56,075 nucleotides of DNA from Candidatus Heimdallarchaeota archaeon (GCA_019056785.1 DXJV01000045.1:1-56075), one strand, 5' to 3'; positions 28,349 to 38,987 are shown, numbered from the stretch's first letter. Program-made: numbers and translations. Notes: generated by a model from the letters alone, not told the origin.

Positions 28349-30562
28349 TTAAGTGATGCATTTCTCGCCATTGTCTGTTTCACAGTATTCATGAGACATT
28401 TTCTTACCTCGAGCACGCAAGAGGGCATTAAAAATCACCAAAAGTGAGACTCCCATATCACCAATTAGTACTGCCATCCATAAATTAATGAAGCCAAAGT
28501 AGGTGAGAACAAAGAGAACGAGTTTCACTAAGATTGCAAAAATAATGTTCTCTTTAATTATTCGCATGGCTTTTCTACCGATGGATATGAGATAGTGAAG
28601 CGAATCAAAACTATCAGTCATAAGTGCTACATCAGCAGATTCGAGTGCAATATCAGAACCTTGAGCACCAAGGGCAATGCCAACCTCAGCATGGGCGAGT
28701 GCAGGTGCGTCGTTAATTCCATCACCAAGCATGACAACATTTTCATTTTCATCTTGAAGTTTGTTAATGATATTGAGCTTTTCGTCCGGAAGTAGTTCGG
28801 CATACACTTCATCAATATTAAGTTGTTGTGCCATGATATGAGCAGTTTTAGAATTATCGCCTGTAAGCATAATAGTCTTTTGGATTCCCAGATCACGCAA
28901 CTCTTGAACCAAACCAATAGCATGATCTTTTAATTGGTCTCGAACAGAAATAATGCCAACAACTTTTTCTTTATTCCCTATAAGAACGACTGTTTGGTTT
29001 TCAGCCTGTAAAAGAGCAATTTCTGATGCCAGGGCATCGTCAATAGGGATATGTTCTTCTTGGAATAACCGCATATTTCCGACAAGCCAATCTTTCCCGT
29101 TTATTAGTCCTTTAATGCCTTTTCCTGTGACTGTTTTAAAATCAACAATTTCTAATGGTTTAATCTTCTGTTTTTCCATTTCTTCAACTATTGCTTTTGC
29201 AATTGGATGACTGGAATTCAGTTCTAAACTACCGCAAATTTGAAGAATTTCTTTTTCGGAAAGGTCTTCACTTCCAATGATTTTCTCTACCATTGGATGT
29301 CCCACTGTTAAAGTGCCAGTCTTATCGAAGGCAACAACCTTGGTTTTACTCAAACTTTCAATAAAACTTCCACCTTTAATTAATACGCCATTTTTTGCTG
29401 AGCGGCTGATTGCTGCAACAATGGTAATAGGTGTTGACAAGACAACTGCACAAGGGCAAGAAATAACGAGTATGACCAGCCCTCGTTTCACCCAAATGGG
29501 CAATAAATCGAGATAAGCACCACTCATAATTGCCGGTGGGAGAAAGATTGTAATAAGTGCTACAATAAACATTATCGGTGTATAGTACTTTGCAAAGGTA
29601 TCAACAAAACGTTCGATAGGTGCTCTTTGATCACTATTTTCCACTAGTTCAACAATTTTACGTAAGAAGATATTATTGTAATCTTTAGTCACTTCAATAG
29701 TTAAGATGCCATCTTCCACAAGTGTTCCAGCGAAAACTTCTTCGCCAACCTTTTTTTCAACAGGCATAGATTCGCCCGTAATTGAAGCTTGATTAACCGA
29801 ACTCGTTCCGGCGGAAACAACACCATCCAATGGTATTCTATCTCCCGCTTTAACGAGAATTTTTGCACCAATTGGGACTTCTTCAGCAGGGACTATTTGC
29901 TCACTCTCACCAACTAACATGGTTGCAATTTCCGGAGCATAATTTATCAAGTCCTCGATTGAGCGACGCGAACGGTCTATACTCACCTCTTCTGCAAGTT
30001 CGGCAACAGAAAACAGAAAGACAATACTTGCTCCTTCAATTTCCTCTCTAATAATGATGGAGGCTATAGCAGCCACTATCATAAGTAAATTAATATCTAG
30101 TCTTAAATTCAAAATTGAAAAGAAAGCCTTTTTCGCAATAAAAATCCCACCTATTAGCGCGCTACAAATAATTAATGCCCTCGCAGCGGGTTCAAGATTA
30201 TAAGCATAACGCAAAATAACACCTATGAGCAGCAGAATCCCTGAAAGGACTGTCGTATAAAATACTTTTTGCTGGGCAATTAAATGGAGAAGACTACCTG
30301 ACTTTGCCACTCCCTTCTTTGCACTTTCTTCTACCTTCTCTTCAAAAATGCTATAACCAGATTTTTGAATGCGTTTTTTTAGCTTTTCCTCTGAGACGAG
30401 GTTAGGAGAATAAGTAATATATATTTTCTTGTTTGAAATATTTACCCTCGTATCTTCTACCCCGGAAAGGCTTTTCAGATCATTTTCAAGTGTTTTTGCA
30501 CAACTTACACAATCTATCCCAACAATTTTGTAGACTTTTTCCGAAGAAGACATGGACTTCAC
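28349..30562 (-). CDS. cadA: P1B-type heavy-metal ATPase (Zn/Cd/Pb, ZntA/CadA-like)
   Basis: HMA domain DCVSC, TGES, CPC, DKTGT, HP, TGD, GDGINDAP; TM Lys ('LVK') and 'DMG' typical of P1B-2. Confidence 0.9.
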   Translation of the reverse strand: MKSMSSSEKVYKIVGIDCVSCAKTLENDLKSLSGVEDTRVNISNKKIYITYSPNLVSEEKLKKRIQKSGYSIFEEKVEESAKKGVAKSGSLLHLIAQQKVFYTTVLSGILLLIGVILRYAYNLEPAARALIICSALIGGIFIAKKAFFSILNLRLDINLLMIVAAIASIIIREEIEGASIVFLFSVAELAEEVSIDRSRRSIEDLINYAPEIATMLVGESEQIVPAEEVPIGAKILVKAGDRIPLDGVVSAGTSSVNQASITGESMPVEKKVGEEVFAGTLVEDGILTIEVTKDYNNIFLRKIVELVENSDQRAPIERFVDTFAKYYTPIMFIVALITIFLPPAIMSGAYLDLLPIWVKRGLVILVISCPCAVVLSTPITIVAAISRSAKNGVLIKGGSFIESLSKTKVVAFDKTGTLTVGHPMVEKIIGSEDLSEKEILQICGSLELNSSHPIAKAIVEEMEKQKIKPLEIVDFKTVTGKGIKGLINGKDWLVGNMRLFQEEHIPIDDALASEIALLQAENQTVVLIGNKEKVVGIISVRDQLKDHAIGLVQELRDLGIQKTIMLTGDNSKTAHIMAQQLNIDEVYAELLPDEKLNIINKLQDENENVVMLGDGINDAPALAHAEVGIALGAQGSDIALESADVALMTDSFDSLHYLISIGRKAMRIIKENIIFAILVKLVLFVLTYFGFINLWMAVLIGDMGVSLLVIFNALLRARGKKMSHEYCETDNGEKCIT

Positions 30563-30726
30563 AGTGACTGGCTTTTGTTATTAGGATAGTTTTAGAATTA
30601 AAAGTCTTTATCATTTAAATTCTTAGAAAAATTGGCCAGTATATCAAATAAATTTCATATATTCTAATTGAGATTGAGTATTAGTTTTTTAAGGAAAAAA
30701 GTATAATCTATCAATAGACGCTAAAA

Positions 30727-33543
30727 GTGATCGCAATGAGCTTTGACTTCTATTTGAAATCCGCCTTCAGAAGTATAAAGAATAAAAAAAGACAGTCAAC
30801 GCTCTATATTAGTGGCATTTTCATCTCTCTTACACTTTTAGTCTCCCTTCGACTCTGGTCCGCAACAGCAGAAGAGTTGGCAGCAACAGATTTCCTAGAG
30901 AGTCAAGACTTTGAAATGAAAGTAACATCCTATCTGCCTGAAGAGCTTCCAGAAATTTCTTCTTGGCTTGAAATGGACCCACTTGTTGAGAGCACATATA
31001 AGCTTTATAATAATCTCGCTTGCTTTAATGCTGAGAATAAACCCGGGACATATGTCTGGTCGCCTGAGGACCAGCAAGAAGACCCTTCTGACCCTATTTC
31101 TATCACTGCTTTGGGCCTTTTCCCACAGAAAGCCCTTCAGAGGATTAAAAACCAATTTTTCATTCGCGGATCATTTGATATAGGCTTAAATGAATGTCTA
31201 ATCAGTGAATATGAAGCCGCAGAATTAGAACGCATTTTTCATACCCCAATTGTTCCGGGCATGAATTTGACTTTAAGTGTTGCTCGCAATAGCCCTGAAC
31301 GGTCGGAAATATACTTGCATCAACTTGAGCTGCTTCATTTCCCAAATGTGACCATCAAAGGAATTTACCGCACCTGGCCCATGATTTCCATGCTTCAAAA
31401 GACCTATTCCTCGAGCTTCCTTAAAGACTCGGTTATCTTCTTGAGTGAAAATCTAGATGAAACCTCCATTCTTGAGATGGAAGTTAATGGTATCGAACCC
31501 AATATTTTTGTAAAAATGAATACGGAAAAAATGAAGGAAGAAGGAATTAATCAGATTCTGAATAAACTCATCGACCTCGCTAACAGACTAAAAATAGCCT
31601 TTCAATCCTCTCAGTATATTCTTCTTGATTCGCCTATAGAAGATTTGTTGCAATCTTATACTCTCTCGCAGTATGCGATAACGTTTCTTGTTCCGGTAAT
31701 TGTTTTCAGTCTTTTGTTGACCTTTTATACTATAAATATCATTATCGAATCTCGCAAGGAGCAAATACTCACTTTAAAAGATCGTGGGGCCCAGAATTCA
31801 CAGATAATTATCATGCTTTTGGTTGAATTTTTACTGTTAACCCTTTTGGGGATTGTTTTTGCTATTGCCTTTTCTTTTATTCTTGCACCAATTATTCCCT
31901 CTCTTGCATCAGGAACATTTTCAAAGACAGTTTTCGTTAAATTTCTTATCAATATCAAGTTTCCATTTTCATTAACTTTTTATAGCATTTTAGGCGCATT
32001 TTTTCTTCCGACCATTTTTGTTATTTTTAAACTTGAAAGTATTTTCACCATGCAACTAGAAGAACGCATAGTAAAGAAGAGTCAACAGTTCCAAAAGAAA
32101 GTTTTCATTGGAATTCTTAGTGCATTAACGCTAATTTTCACATCTCTCCTCATTTTTAATGCCATACAATTATCTCGAGAGTTAGAAGATGTCTTTACCT
32201 TCTCACTCACTCAAGCACAAAAAAGTATGAGAGGATTCCTCCTAGTGTTGACTTTACTATTTCTGGTCACAATTATTATTACTTTAATAGTTGAAAAATT
32301 ATTAGGGAAAACAAAAGGTATAATGAAACGCTTATTCAAGCACAATTACTTCATTATTTCTAATAATTTAAAATCCTCAAAACATCGTTTTTCAAAGCTG
32401 TTGGGCATTTTCATATTACTATCAAGTTTGAATGTCTTCTCCTTGAACATTTATTACAGCCTGAATAAGAATGACCAATTGATTGCCAATTATAATAATG
32501 GCTCCGATTTACGAATACAAACTTCTTATACGGATATATCTTATGAGAATAATCTGTCAGCAATAGAAGGGGTTAATGAAACGATGGGTGTCCTTAGTGC
32601 CGAAGGAAAACTCATTTACAATAGCGCAACAGTTTACGGCATCGACCCTTTAGTTTATGCGCGAATCGGTCGGTGGGAGTATCAAACAATAAAGCAGAAA
32701 GAAATAACTGCCATGTTTCTCAAACTTAATGAAACCGCTAATGGTGCCATTGTGAGTGATTTTGTTGCACGACGATTGAATTTGATGGAAGGTTCGCAAA
32801 TTACTATCACCGGTTTACCAAACAGTAGTTATGTTGAAAGTTTTATTATCAAAGGAGTGATTCATTCAGCCCCTGGCCTTGGGCTTGCTTATGGAAGAAA
32901 TGTCGGTTTAAATCAACCAAATGATGAATTTCTTTTGATTAATGCCAGAACTATGATAGAGAAATACAATGTTCGTGACACGAACCTCTTTTTTGCCAGC
33001 TTAAAAAACGATGCGTCCCTAGCTACAGTGATCGCAACTATTGCAGAAGAACCCGAAGTTATTGCTATTAATCCAGTTGTTATTAACCAACAATTTGTCG
33101 GAAATTTCATTGTAAAGTATGTTCCACCGGTCAAAGCTTTTCTCCTCTTTCAGATTTTCTTCATGAATCTTCTCGGGATAAGTATAATTGCTACTACAAC
33201 CAATTTTTTGGTTAAACAACGAGAAATTATTAATGCCACATTGAAAACTTTAGGGAACGCTAATAGAAAACTAGTGCAACAAATTTTGGGTGAAATGTTT
33301 ACTGTCGAACTAACCGCCTTTTTCTTAGGACTAATTTTAGGTGCGCCCCTCTCGTTCTTAAGTATCCTTATCAACAAAGCGAGTTTTCTGATGCATGAAA
33401 TTCTTCCTCTCCGTTTTACCTTCAATTTTTTAGGCATCTTTGGGTTCTTAATTGTCCTTCTCGTGGCGACCATTCTTGCGCCATTACCCGCCTGTCTGAA
33501 ATTCTCGCGGAAAAATGTTGCAACTATTCTAAAAGGGAGTTAG
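30727..33543 (+). CDS. ABC transporter permease, FtsX/MacB family (duplicated)
   Basis: Two TM1-large extracellular loop-3TM modules; 'RKEQILTLKDRGA' and 'REIINATLKTLG' coupling motifs. Confidence 0.85.
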   Translation: MIAMSFDFYLKSAFRSIKNKKRQSTLYISGIFISLTLLVSLRLWSATAEELAATDFLESQDFEMKVTSYLPEELPEISSWLEMDPLVESTYKLYNNLACFNAENKPGTYVWSPEDQQEDPSDPISITALGLFPQKALQRIKNQFFIRGSFDIGLNECLISEYEAAELERIFHTPIVPGMNLTLSVARNSPERSEIYLHQLELLHFPNVTIKGIYRTWPMISMLQKTYSSSFLKDSVIFLSENLDETSILEMEVNGIEPNIFVKMNTEKMKEEGINQILNKLIDLANRLKIAFQSSQYILLDSPIEDLLQSYTLSQYAITFLVPVIVFSLLLTFYTINIIIESRKEQILTLKDRGAQNSQIIIMLLVEFLLLTLLGIVFAIAFSFILAPIIPSLASGTFSKTVFVKFLINIKFPFSLTFYSILGAFFLPTIFVIFKLESIFTMQLEERIVKKSQQFQKKVFIGILSALTLIFTSLLIFNAIQLSRELEDVFTFSLTQAQKSMRGFLLVLTLLFLVTIIITLIVEKLLGKTKGIMKRLFKHNYFIISNNLKSSKHRFSKLLGIFILLSSLNVFSLNIYYSLNKNDQLIANYNNGSDLRIQTSYTDISYENNLSAIEGVNETMGVLSAEGKLIYNSATVYGIDPLVYARIGRWEYQTIKQKEITAMFLKLNETANGAIVSDFVARRLNLMEGSQITITGLPNSSYVESFIIKGVIHSAPGLGLAYGRNVGLNQPNDEFLLINARTMIEKYNVRDTNLFFASLKNDASLATVIATIAEEPEVIAINPVVINQQFVGNFIVKYVPPVKAFLLFQIFFMNLLGISIIATTTNFLVKQREIINATLKTLGNANRKLVQQILGEMFTVELTAFFLGLILGAPLSFLSILINKASFLMHEILPLRFTFNFLGIFGFLIVLLVATILAPLPACLKFSRKNVATILKGS

Positions 33544-34595
33544 AAAACGAGTATCAATTCTAAGAAAGTACCAACCATTAACCCAAGTATTAATATCAGA
33601 AGCACATAGTAAACTGCAGGACGCCAATCGAAGATTCGCCGGCCGAGTGTTAAACGGAAGGGGAGAATGGCAACAATTAAAATTTGGGAGATCAAATAAG
33701 AACTACTGAGAAATAAAAGCGAAATGTCATTTATTGATACTTTTAAGAAAATACCAAGAAACAAGAAAGTGATGCCAAGTGCCAAGTTGATAAGCACACC
33801 AACAATACTAATAAGTCCTCGATGTTTGCGATGGATATAATAAATTTCTGGGATGACTAATGCTCCCGGAGTGTAAAACCGGATAGGAGAAACATGAGAA
33901 ATCAAAGTAATAATAAGGCCAATCTTTGAAAGCACAAACCTTGAATGGACACCGAAACGATTGCCAATCCATTTTTGGGGGAGGATATGAATTGAATAAA
34001 TAATCGCAGCAAGAGCAATAAGAACAGGAACATAATACCAGCGATTAAAATGATAAATCAATTTTGCCATTAAGCCCCAAGGGACTGAAATGGCTAGAAG
34101 ACCCAAAAGAAAATCAAATACCTCGTGCCCAACGGTAAAATGATCGCCAATAGCAGAAAAAAACATTCTATCCTTGAAAATACGCTCCTCAGGTTTCGCA
34201 GTAAAAACATTACCGGTCTTATCTGCTGCGTAAATAAAATCTGAGTTTTCCCAGCTAAGAGGTCTTTTTTTATGATAAGCTTTACGTGAATTGCGCTTAA
34301 GTCGTTCTTCAGCACGTCTTTGTCGTCGCTCTATACGCTTTTCTTTCCAGCTTTTTTTCGGAGCTTCTTCAAAATGAGTTTGTTCCTCTTCAGATAAGGA
34401 TGCCTCTTCTACTATTTCATACTCAGCATCGACAATCTTAGGCTTACTGGAGAGAGGGGAAACACTAAGATGAAGCTTTTCACAATTGTGATTTTCTGGC
34501 AAGCGGTGTATGCGACAAAATGATTTATGACAATATTTGCACTTGAATAGCAAAACTTCTGTCCTGTCACAACCTTCGAAGTCGCATTTTCCCAT
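33540..34595 (-). CDS. AN1-type zinc finger fused to a degenerate site-2-protease (M50)-like membrane domain
   Basis: CxxxxC..FKCKYCHKSFCRIHRLPENHNC; membrane region has 'PGA', 'GLISIVGVLINL', 'ILPF...G..IF.W' but HExxH is replaced by HILPQ. Confidence 0.75.
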   Translation of the reverse strand: MGKCDFEGCDRTEVLLFKCKYCHKSFCRIHRLPENHNCEKLHLSVSPLSSKPKIVDAEYEIVEEASLSEEEQTHFEEAPKKSWKEKRIERRQRRAEERLKRNSRKAYHKKRPLSWENSDFIYAADKTGNVFTAKPEERIFKDRMFFSAIGDHFTVGHEVFDFLLGLLAISVPWGLMAKLIYHFNRWYYVPVLIALAAIIYSIHILPQKWIGNRFGVHSRFVLSKIGLIITLISHVSPIRFYTPGALVIPEIYYIHRKHRGLISIVGVLINLALGITFLFLGIFLKVSINDISLLFLSSSYLISQILIVAILPFRLTLGRRIFDWRPAVYYVLLILILGLMVGTFLELILVF

Positions 34596-34671
34596 TACTT
34601 ATTCACAAGAAATTCTGGTGAATACTCCTATTTAAAGGAATTCCTTTTATTTTGAAGTATTTCAGCCATTG

Positions 34672-36060
34672 TTAGAAAACAGTAGAAATTTTTCCTTGCA
34701 ACTTTGAATTAGCTGTCTCTTCTCGTACAATAGAAATTAACTCGAAAAATGTCCTGATATTAAACCAAAAAATTGTAAGAAAAATTATTCCGACAAAAAT
34801 CTGGGAAGGGAAATTTGCCAGAAAAACAACTGGCTTGACAATTAAAAAGAAAAAAAAACTGTTACTACCAACAGCTTTTGTGGCCTTCATGAGAAAATCA
34901 TCGATTTGTGGTGCTTCAAAAATTAAGAGGGCAAATCCATGAATAATTGTGAGAAACGAATATTCGATTAAAAGTCCTTTCTTTCGGTGTAAAGCTATAT
35001 AAGGAAGAAACCATGCAAGAACTTGAATGTTAATGGCTTTGAAAGTAAGAGCAAAAATGAAAAAAGGTAGAAAAACCAAATTCACTTGATAAAGGATAGG
35101 CATTTGGGATACTTTTTTTGTTCGGATATTTTCCCAATTTTTTTTCAAATAAAAAATAAAGATCACACTAAACAGGAAGATAAAGAAAGGTAAATAGAAA
35201 TTTCTGATAAAGAAGGGCTCATCTGCAATATTATAAGTATCACCTATACTTTCAACATGTTTCATCATAAAGCCATTCCAAAGAATATAAATGCCATGCC
35301 AAAGTGAAAAACCATAAGCGATATGATCGGTACGCATAAAAACTACGTTAATAAATTCATGAGGGATAAATAAAAGAAAAGGATAAATGGGAATAAGCCC
35401 AACTAAAAATCCCACAAGAAATGGCAAAATGTCCTTCTTTTTTAACCAAACGATAACAAAGGGTAAGAAAAGAACACCGATATATTTTACAGATGTTCCA
35501 AGAGAAGCAAAAAGTCCTACAGCAAAAAATTGTCCTTTTTGGAGGGAAAACACCGCTATAACAAGGCAAAAAATGAAAAGGCTGTCATACCTACCACCTC
35601 CCGTTTGAAGCAACAATGGTAGACCAAATGCAATAAATAACCCGGCTGAAAATTTCGCTTGACGAACCCTCTTTGAAAGAGTAACATCTAAAAATACTCG
35701 CTCTGTACTTTCATTTTGAAATGCTTGTTCAATAATTTTCATAACAACAATGGCAATCCCAACATCTGAAAGAAGGAAAGGGAGTTTGAGAAAAAAACGA
35801 AGAGCGAAAACATTTGATTTCCATGGATTGAGAAAATACATTGCTACATATAAAAAGTCAGTCAAAGGCATATGAGTAGTTTCTACATCAACATATAACC
35901 GCCCTCCTGCAAGAATACTCCTGACTTTTTCAACATACCACTCAAAATCCAAACCCCAATCTGTAAAGAAAATAAATAACAAACGAGTAACAATTATCAG
36001 CAAGACTATATATAACGCAGGATTTTGCATTTGCTGTTGTCGGAAAGAAGAGAATCTCAT
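34672..36060 (-). CDS. GT-C glycosyltransferase, GT87/PIG-M-like
   Basis: 'DFEWY', 'G..LY...HMP', 'KLPFLLSD', 'GRYDSL', 'VKY', 'QVLAWFLP'; multi-TM. ATG at 36060 preferred over the GTG at 36261. Confidence 0.7.
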   Translation of the reverse strand: MRFSSFRQQQMQNPALYIVLLIIVTRLLFIFFTDWGLDFEWYVEKVRSILAGGRLYVDVETTHMPLTDFLYVAMYFLNPWKSNVFALRFFLKLPFLLSDVGIAIVVMKIIEQAFQNESTERVFLDVTLSKRVRQAKFSAGLFIAFGLPLLLQTGGGRYDSLFIFCLVIAVFSLQKGQFFAVGLFASLGTSVKYIGVLFLPFVIVWLKKKDILPFLVGFLVGLIPIYPFLLFIPHEFINVVFMRTDHIAYGFSLWHGIYILWNGFMMKHVESIGDTYNIADEPFFIRNFYLPFFIFLFSVIFIFYLKKNWENIRTKKVSQMPILYQVNLVFLPFFIFALTFKAINIQVLAWFLPYIALHRKKGLLIEYSFLTIIHGFALLIFEAPQIDDFLMKATKAVGSNSFFFFLIVKPVVFLANFPSQIFVGIIFLTIFWFNIRTFFELISIVREETANSKLQGKISTVF

Positions 36061-36309
36061 AAAAAGGTCAAAAAAGCGTTTTTGAAATGGAACTTGTCGA
36101 GAGCGAGGAATTGTTCTAAGGTCAGAAGGGTTGTTTTCTAACATTAACCTTTTTTCTTGTAATTTTAAATCACCAAGAGTAAGTTTTCGCATGGAACCAT
36201 CACATGAGCACACCTTTATCCTGAAGGAAAGTTTTTTATCGAGATAATAAGAGTCGCTCACAAATAAGAAAGAGGATTTTCTTTAAAAAGAGCTAAAAGA
36301 CGGTTTGTT

Positions 36310-36348
36310 TTTAAAAAAAGGAAAAAAAAGAAAAGTGCAAAAGCACTT
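36310..36348 (-). terminator. Candidate hairpin plus U-tract terminator of the surface-protein gene
   Basis: AAGTGC-AAAA-GCACTT (36333-36348) followed on the minus strand by a long T-rich run. Confidence 0.45.
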
Positions 36349-36355
36349 GTCTAAT

Positions 36356-37930
36356 CTATTTTCTTCGGTGAAGAATGACACTTGTTGTTGCAATTGCAAA
36401 GATTGCCGGGATGGCGATAAACCAAGTGAATCCAGGAATAATTCCGCCGCCCATTGGATCGGGAGGATTGTAGTTGGGATTGACTAACTTGAAATCAAAG
36501 TTAATTACAACCTGTCCTGTGGAAATGCCTGAAAAAGTAGACATATCAGTGTTTACCGAGAGGTCAATGGAAGTTTGCATCCGCATTCCGGCAAGTATTC
36601 CTGTGTCGGAATAAGCCATCCAACCTTCTTGTGTTGCAGAAACATCTACTATAATGCTTGGGTCAGTTGCTTTCACAAGACTTATCGCAATATCGACATC
36701 AACGTCCAATGTCAGTGATTCTTTCAAGAAGAAATAGCCACGTTTCTCGAGGACGGAGAATGTTCCATCAATATTGTTCACAGCAATACCTGAGGAGCTA
36801 AGTTCTGGGATAAATGACAAGAAGTCATCCAAATAGACACCAACGAGAGTGTTTGCAAGAACCATATAGCCAGTATAAATATCATAGTCCGTTGTGATTG
36901 CTGGAGCAAAGAATGGCATCGTTTCATATGTTCCATCAATTGGCACATCACTAATTTGAATGGCACCTAAGAATCCTATGAAAAGTGTTTCTTTGGGTTG
37001 TTCAAGAAGAGAGTTAGTTTCCATGTCATAGAGATAAGTTTGAGCAGTGTAATATAAACCTTCGATGTCTGTTATTACAAACTTCATAATTGTCTGATCT
37101 TGCATATCAGCAATTTCATCTTCCATTGATGAAATATCAGTCAAATTATCAGTGGGAATGAGATCACCTGTGACATCTACATTGAGATAAGCTATTTCAG
37201 CATTGAGTTCGATTACTTGCCCTACTGTCAGAGCAAGACCCTTTATTTCGACACTATTCAATGATAATTCGATTTCAGTGTCCACGAATGCTTGGTTACT
37301 AAAGTTTGCGTTTTTAATGTGAAGGTAGGTCAAGATTCCATCAGACTTTCGCCAAGCGAATGAAACTAAACCAGTAGCATTTGACCATTCTGCCGTCAAA
37401 GTATCTGCAGTGTTAGATACAGTGAAACCCATGTATTCCAAGATCGACTCATGCTCTGTCCAACCATTATCTAAGAAGAACAAAGCTGGGGAGTAATATG
37501 AGCTGACATTAAAGTGAGGAACACCATCAACAACCATTGCAGGTGTTGCTGAACCGGCAGGAACAATGACGTCCAAAGCCGTGAATCCTTCACCAACTGT
37601 GACTGTTGTATCTTTCGTGAAGATAATCCCAATGCCAAAATAAACCAATGGACCAATAACAATTGGTTCGTATTCATGTTCTAATTCGACATCAGTCACT
37701 TTCACATATAATTGATTGTCGGCCATATTTCCAATTGTCAGATTATCCATTGGTGGCAATGTTAAAGTGTCTATATCATATTTTATTGTTGTTCCTGCTT
37801 GAACGTTAACAGTGTCATTATAGTCCATTAATTGGACTGGCACGCCTTGCTGAGTAGAACCTACTACAGCGAGGATCGGACTTAGTGTTAACACTAAAGC
37901 TAGAACTATTAGTATTTTTTTCAACCTCAA
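36356..37930 (-). CDS. Acidic cell-surface (glyco)protein with signal peptide and PGF-type C-terminal sorting signal
   Basis: N-terminal signal, D/T/S-rich beta-type body, several NxS/T sequons, C-terminal 'GGGIIPGF'-TM-'HRRK'. Confidence 0.82.
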   Translation of the reverse strand: MRLKKILIVLALVLTLSPILAVVGSTQQGVPVQLMDYNDTVNVQAGTTIKYDIDTLTLPPMDNLTIGNMADNQLYVKVTDVELEHEYEPIVIGPLVYFGIGIIFTKDTTVTVGEGFTALDVIVPAGSATPAMVVDGVPHFNVSSYYSPALFFLDNGWTEHESILEYMGFTVSNTADTLTAEWSNATGLVSFAWRKSDGILTYLHIKNANFSNQAFVDTEIELSLNSVEIKGLALTVGQVIELNAEIAYLNVDVTGDLIPTDNLTDISSMEDEIADMQDQTIMKFVITDIEGLYYTAQTYLYDMETNSLLEQPKETLFIGFLGAIQISDVPIDGTYETMPFFAPAITTDYDIYTGYMVLANTLVGVYLDDFLSFIPELSSSGIAVNNIDGTFSVLEKRGYFFLKESLTLDVDVDIAISLVKATDPSIIVDVSATQEGWMAYSDTGILAGMRMQTSIDLSVNTDMSTFSGISTGQVVINFDFKLVNPNYNPPDPMGGGIIPGFTWFIAIPAIFAIATTSVILHRRK

Positions 37931-37960
37931 AATCTTTCACCTTGAAAGGTTTTTTCTTTG

Positions 37961-37982
37961 GCAAGCAATAAATTATGCTTGC
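37961..37982. promoter_or_regulatory. Inverted repeat GCAAGCA-N8-TGCTTGC upstream of the surface-protein gene
   Basis: Perfect 7-bp arms about 30-50 bp upstream of the start codon. Confidence 0.4.
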
Positions 37983-38052
37983 TAATATACATTAATATCC
38001 ATTTGATATTTAAAAGATAGCTATTATAGCATAAAGAACCTGCTAAACTCTA

Positions 38053-38820
38053 CTATTCGTTTATAACATTTTTACTCGAGACGTTTTCATCTATCTGCTT
38101 AACATTTATTCCAACAAGCATCAAAATTGGCCCTAGAATCCAAAATAATTCTGCTACAAAGAAAATTGTTAGCTCTGTTTCAGTTGACAACGGGATGAAC
38201 AGCTGTTCGATGATTCCCGAGCCACTAAAAACCATTGCACCTAGAATGATAAACGAAAAACCAATTATGAAATAATTCATGCGACTACGAATAAGAGGGT
38301 CACGTGTTTCTTTTTTCGTCAAAATTAGATAGATGATTGCTTTTATAATTAACAAAAGTGGGATAACATAAAGAAAAATCATCACCCATACCGGTTGAGT
38401 GGTTTTAATGCCATTCCCGATATCTACGGTTTCATCGGGGCTATCGTAAACCACCTTGTCAAAATAACTTGTTACAAATGAATTGATAAACAAGAAGATG
38501 GTTAAAGGCACAATTAAAAACCATTTCTTAAGGATATATTCTCCTTTGTAAATTACAATTGCACTTAGAAAAAGTAGAAAAGCGGCAATTGTAGATGAAA
38601 TAACTACGAAATCACGAACCGTCTGGGCACCTCTTGTCGGATGTTGGAAAAGAAATGTCAAACCATTAAAGATTAGCGAGATCCCCCAGAAAAACAGCGA
38701 GGCTGAGAACAGAATATTGATTTTTGATCGGAAGTCTTTCAAAAAGATAATTAAGGTTACAATTATCGAAATAGTTCCGGCAATGATGTTTGTATAATTG
38801 AAGACACTATTGAAGAGCAT
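38053..38820 (-). CDS. Stand-alone 7TM membrane protein (HisKA_7TM-like sensor domain)
   Basis: Seven hydrophobic segments; 'KDFRSKINILFS' after TM1 and 'IRSRMNYFIIG' before TM6 resemble 7TM sensor N-domains. Confidence 0.55.
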   Translation of the reverse strand: MLFNSVFNYTNIIAGTISIIVTLIIFLKDFRSKINILFSASLFFWGISLIFNGLTFLFQHPTRGAQTVRDFVVISSTIAAFLLFLSAIVIYKGEYILKKWFLIVPLTIFLFINSFVTSYFDKVVYDSPDETVDIGNGIKTTQPVWVMIFLYVIPLLLIIKAIIYLILTKKETRDPLIRSRMNYFIIGFSFIILGAMVFSGSGIIEQLFIPLSTETELTIFFVAELFWILGPILMLVGINVKQIDENVSSKNVINE

Positions 38821-38987
38821 TCTTTTTACCTTTTTTTAAGGGGTGTAACAAGAACATTCCTTTGAGCTATTTTAAATTGTTTGTTAGAGGACAATTTTTT
38901 ATCAAATTCGATTCCTTTTTATGTGTGTTTGCTGTTTTTAGATATAACAAATATCAATTAATAAAAATGTCTTAGAAGGAATTATTC

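Noticed and set aside
36061-36261. N-terminal extension of the GT-C ORF from GTG 36261
   Set aside because: Sequence looks non-coding and low in information; the first TM begins just after the Met codons near 36060-36030.
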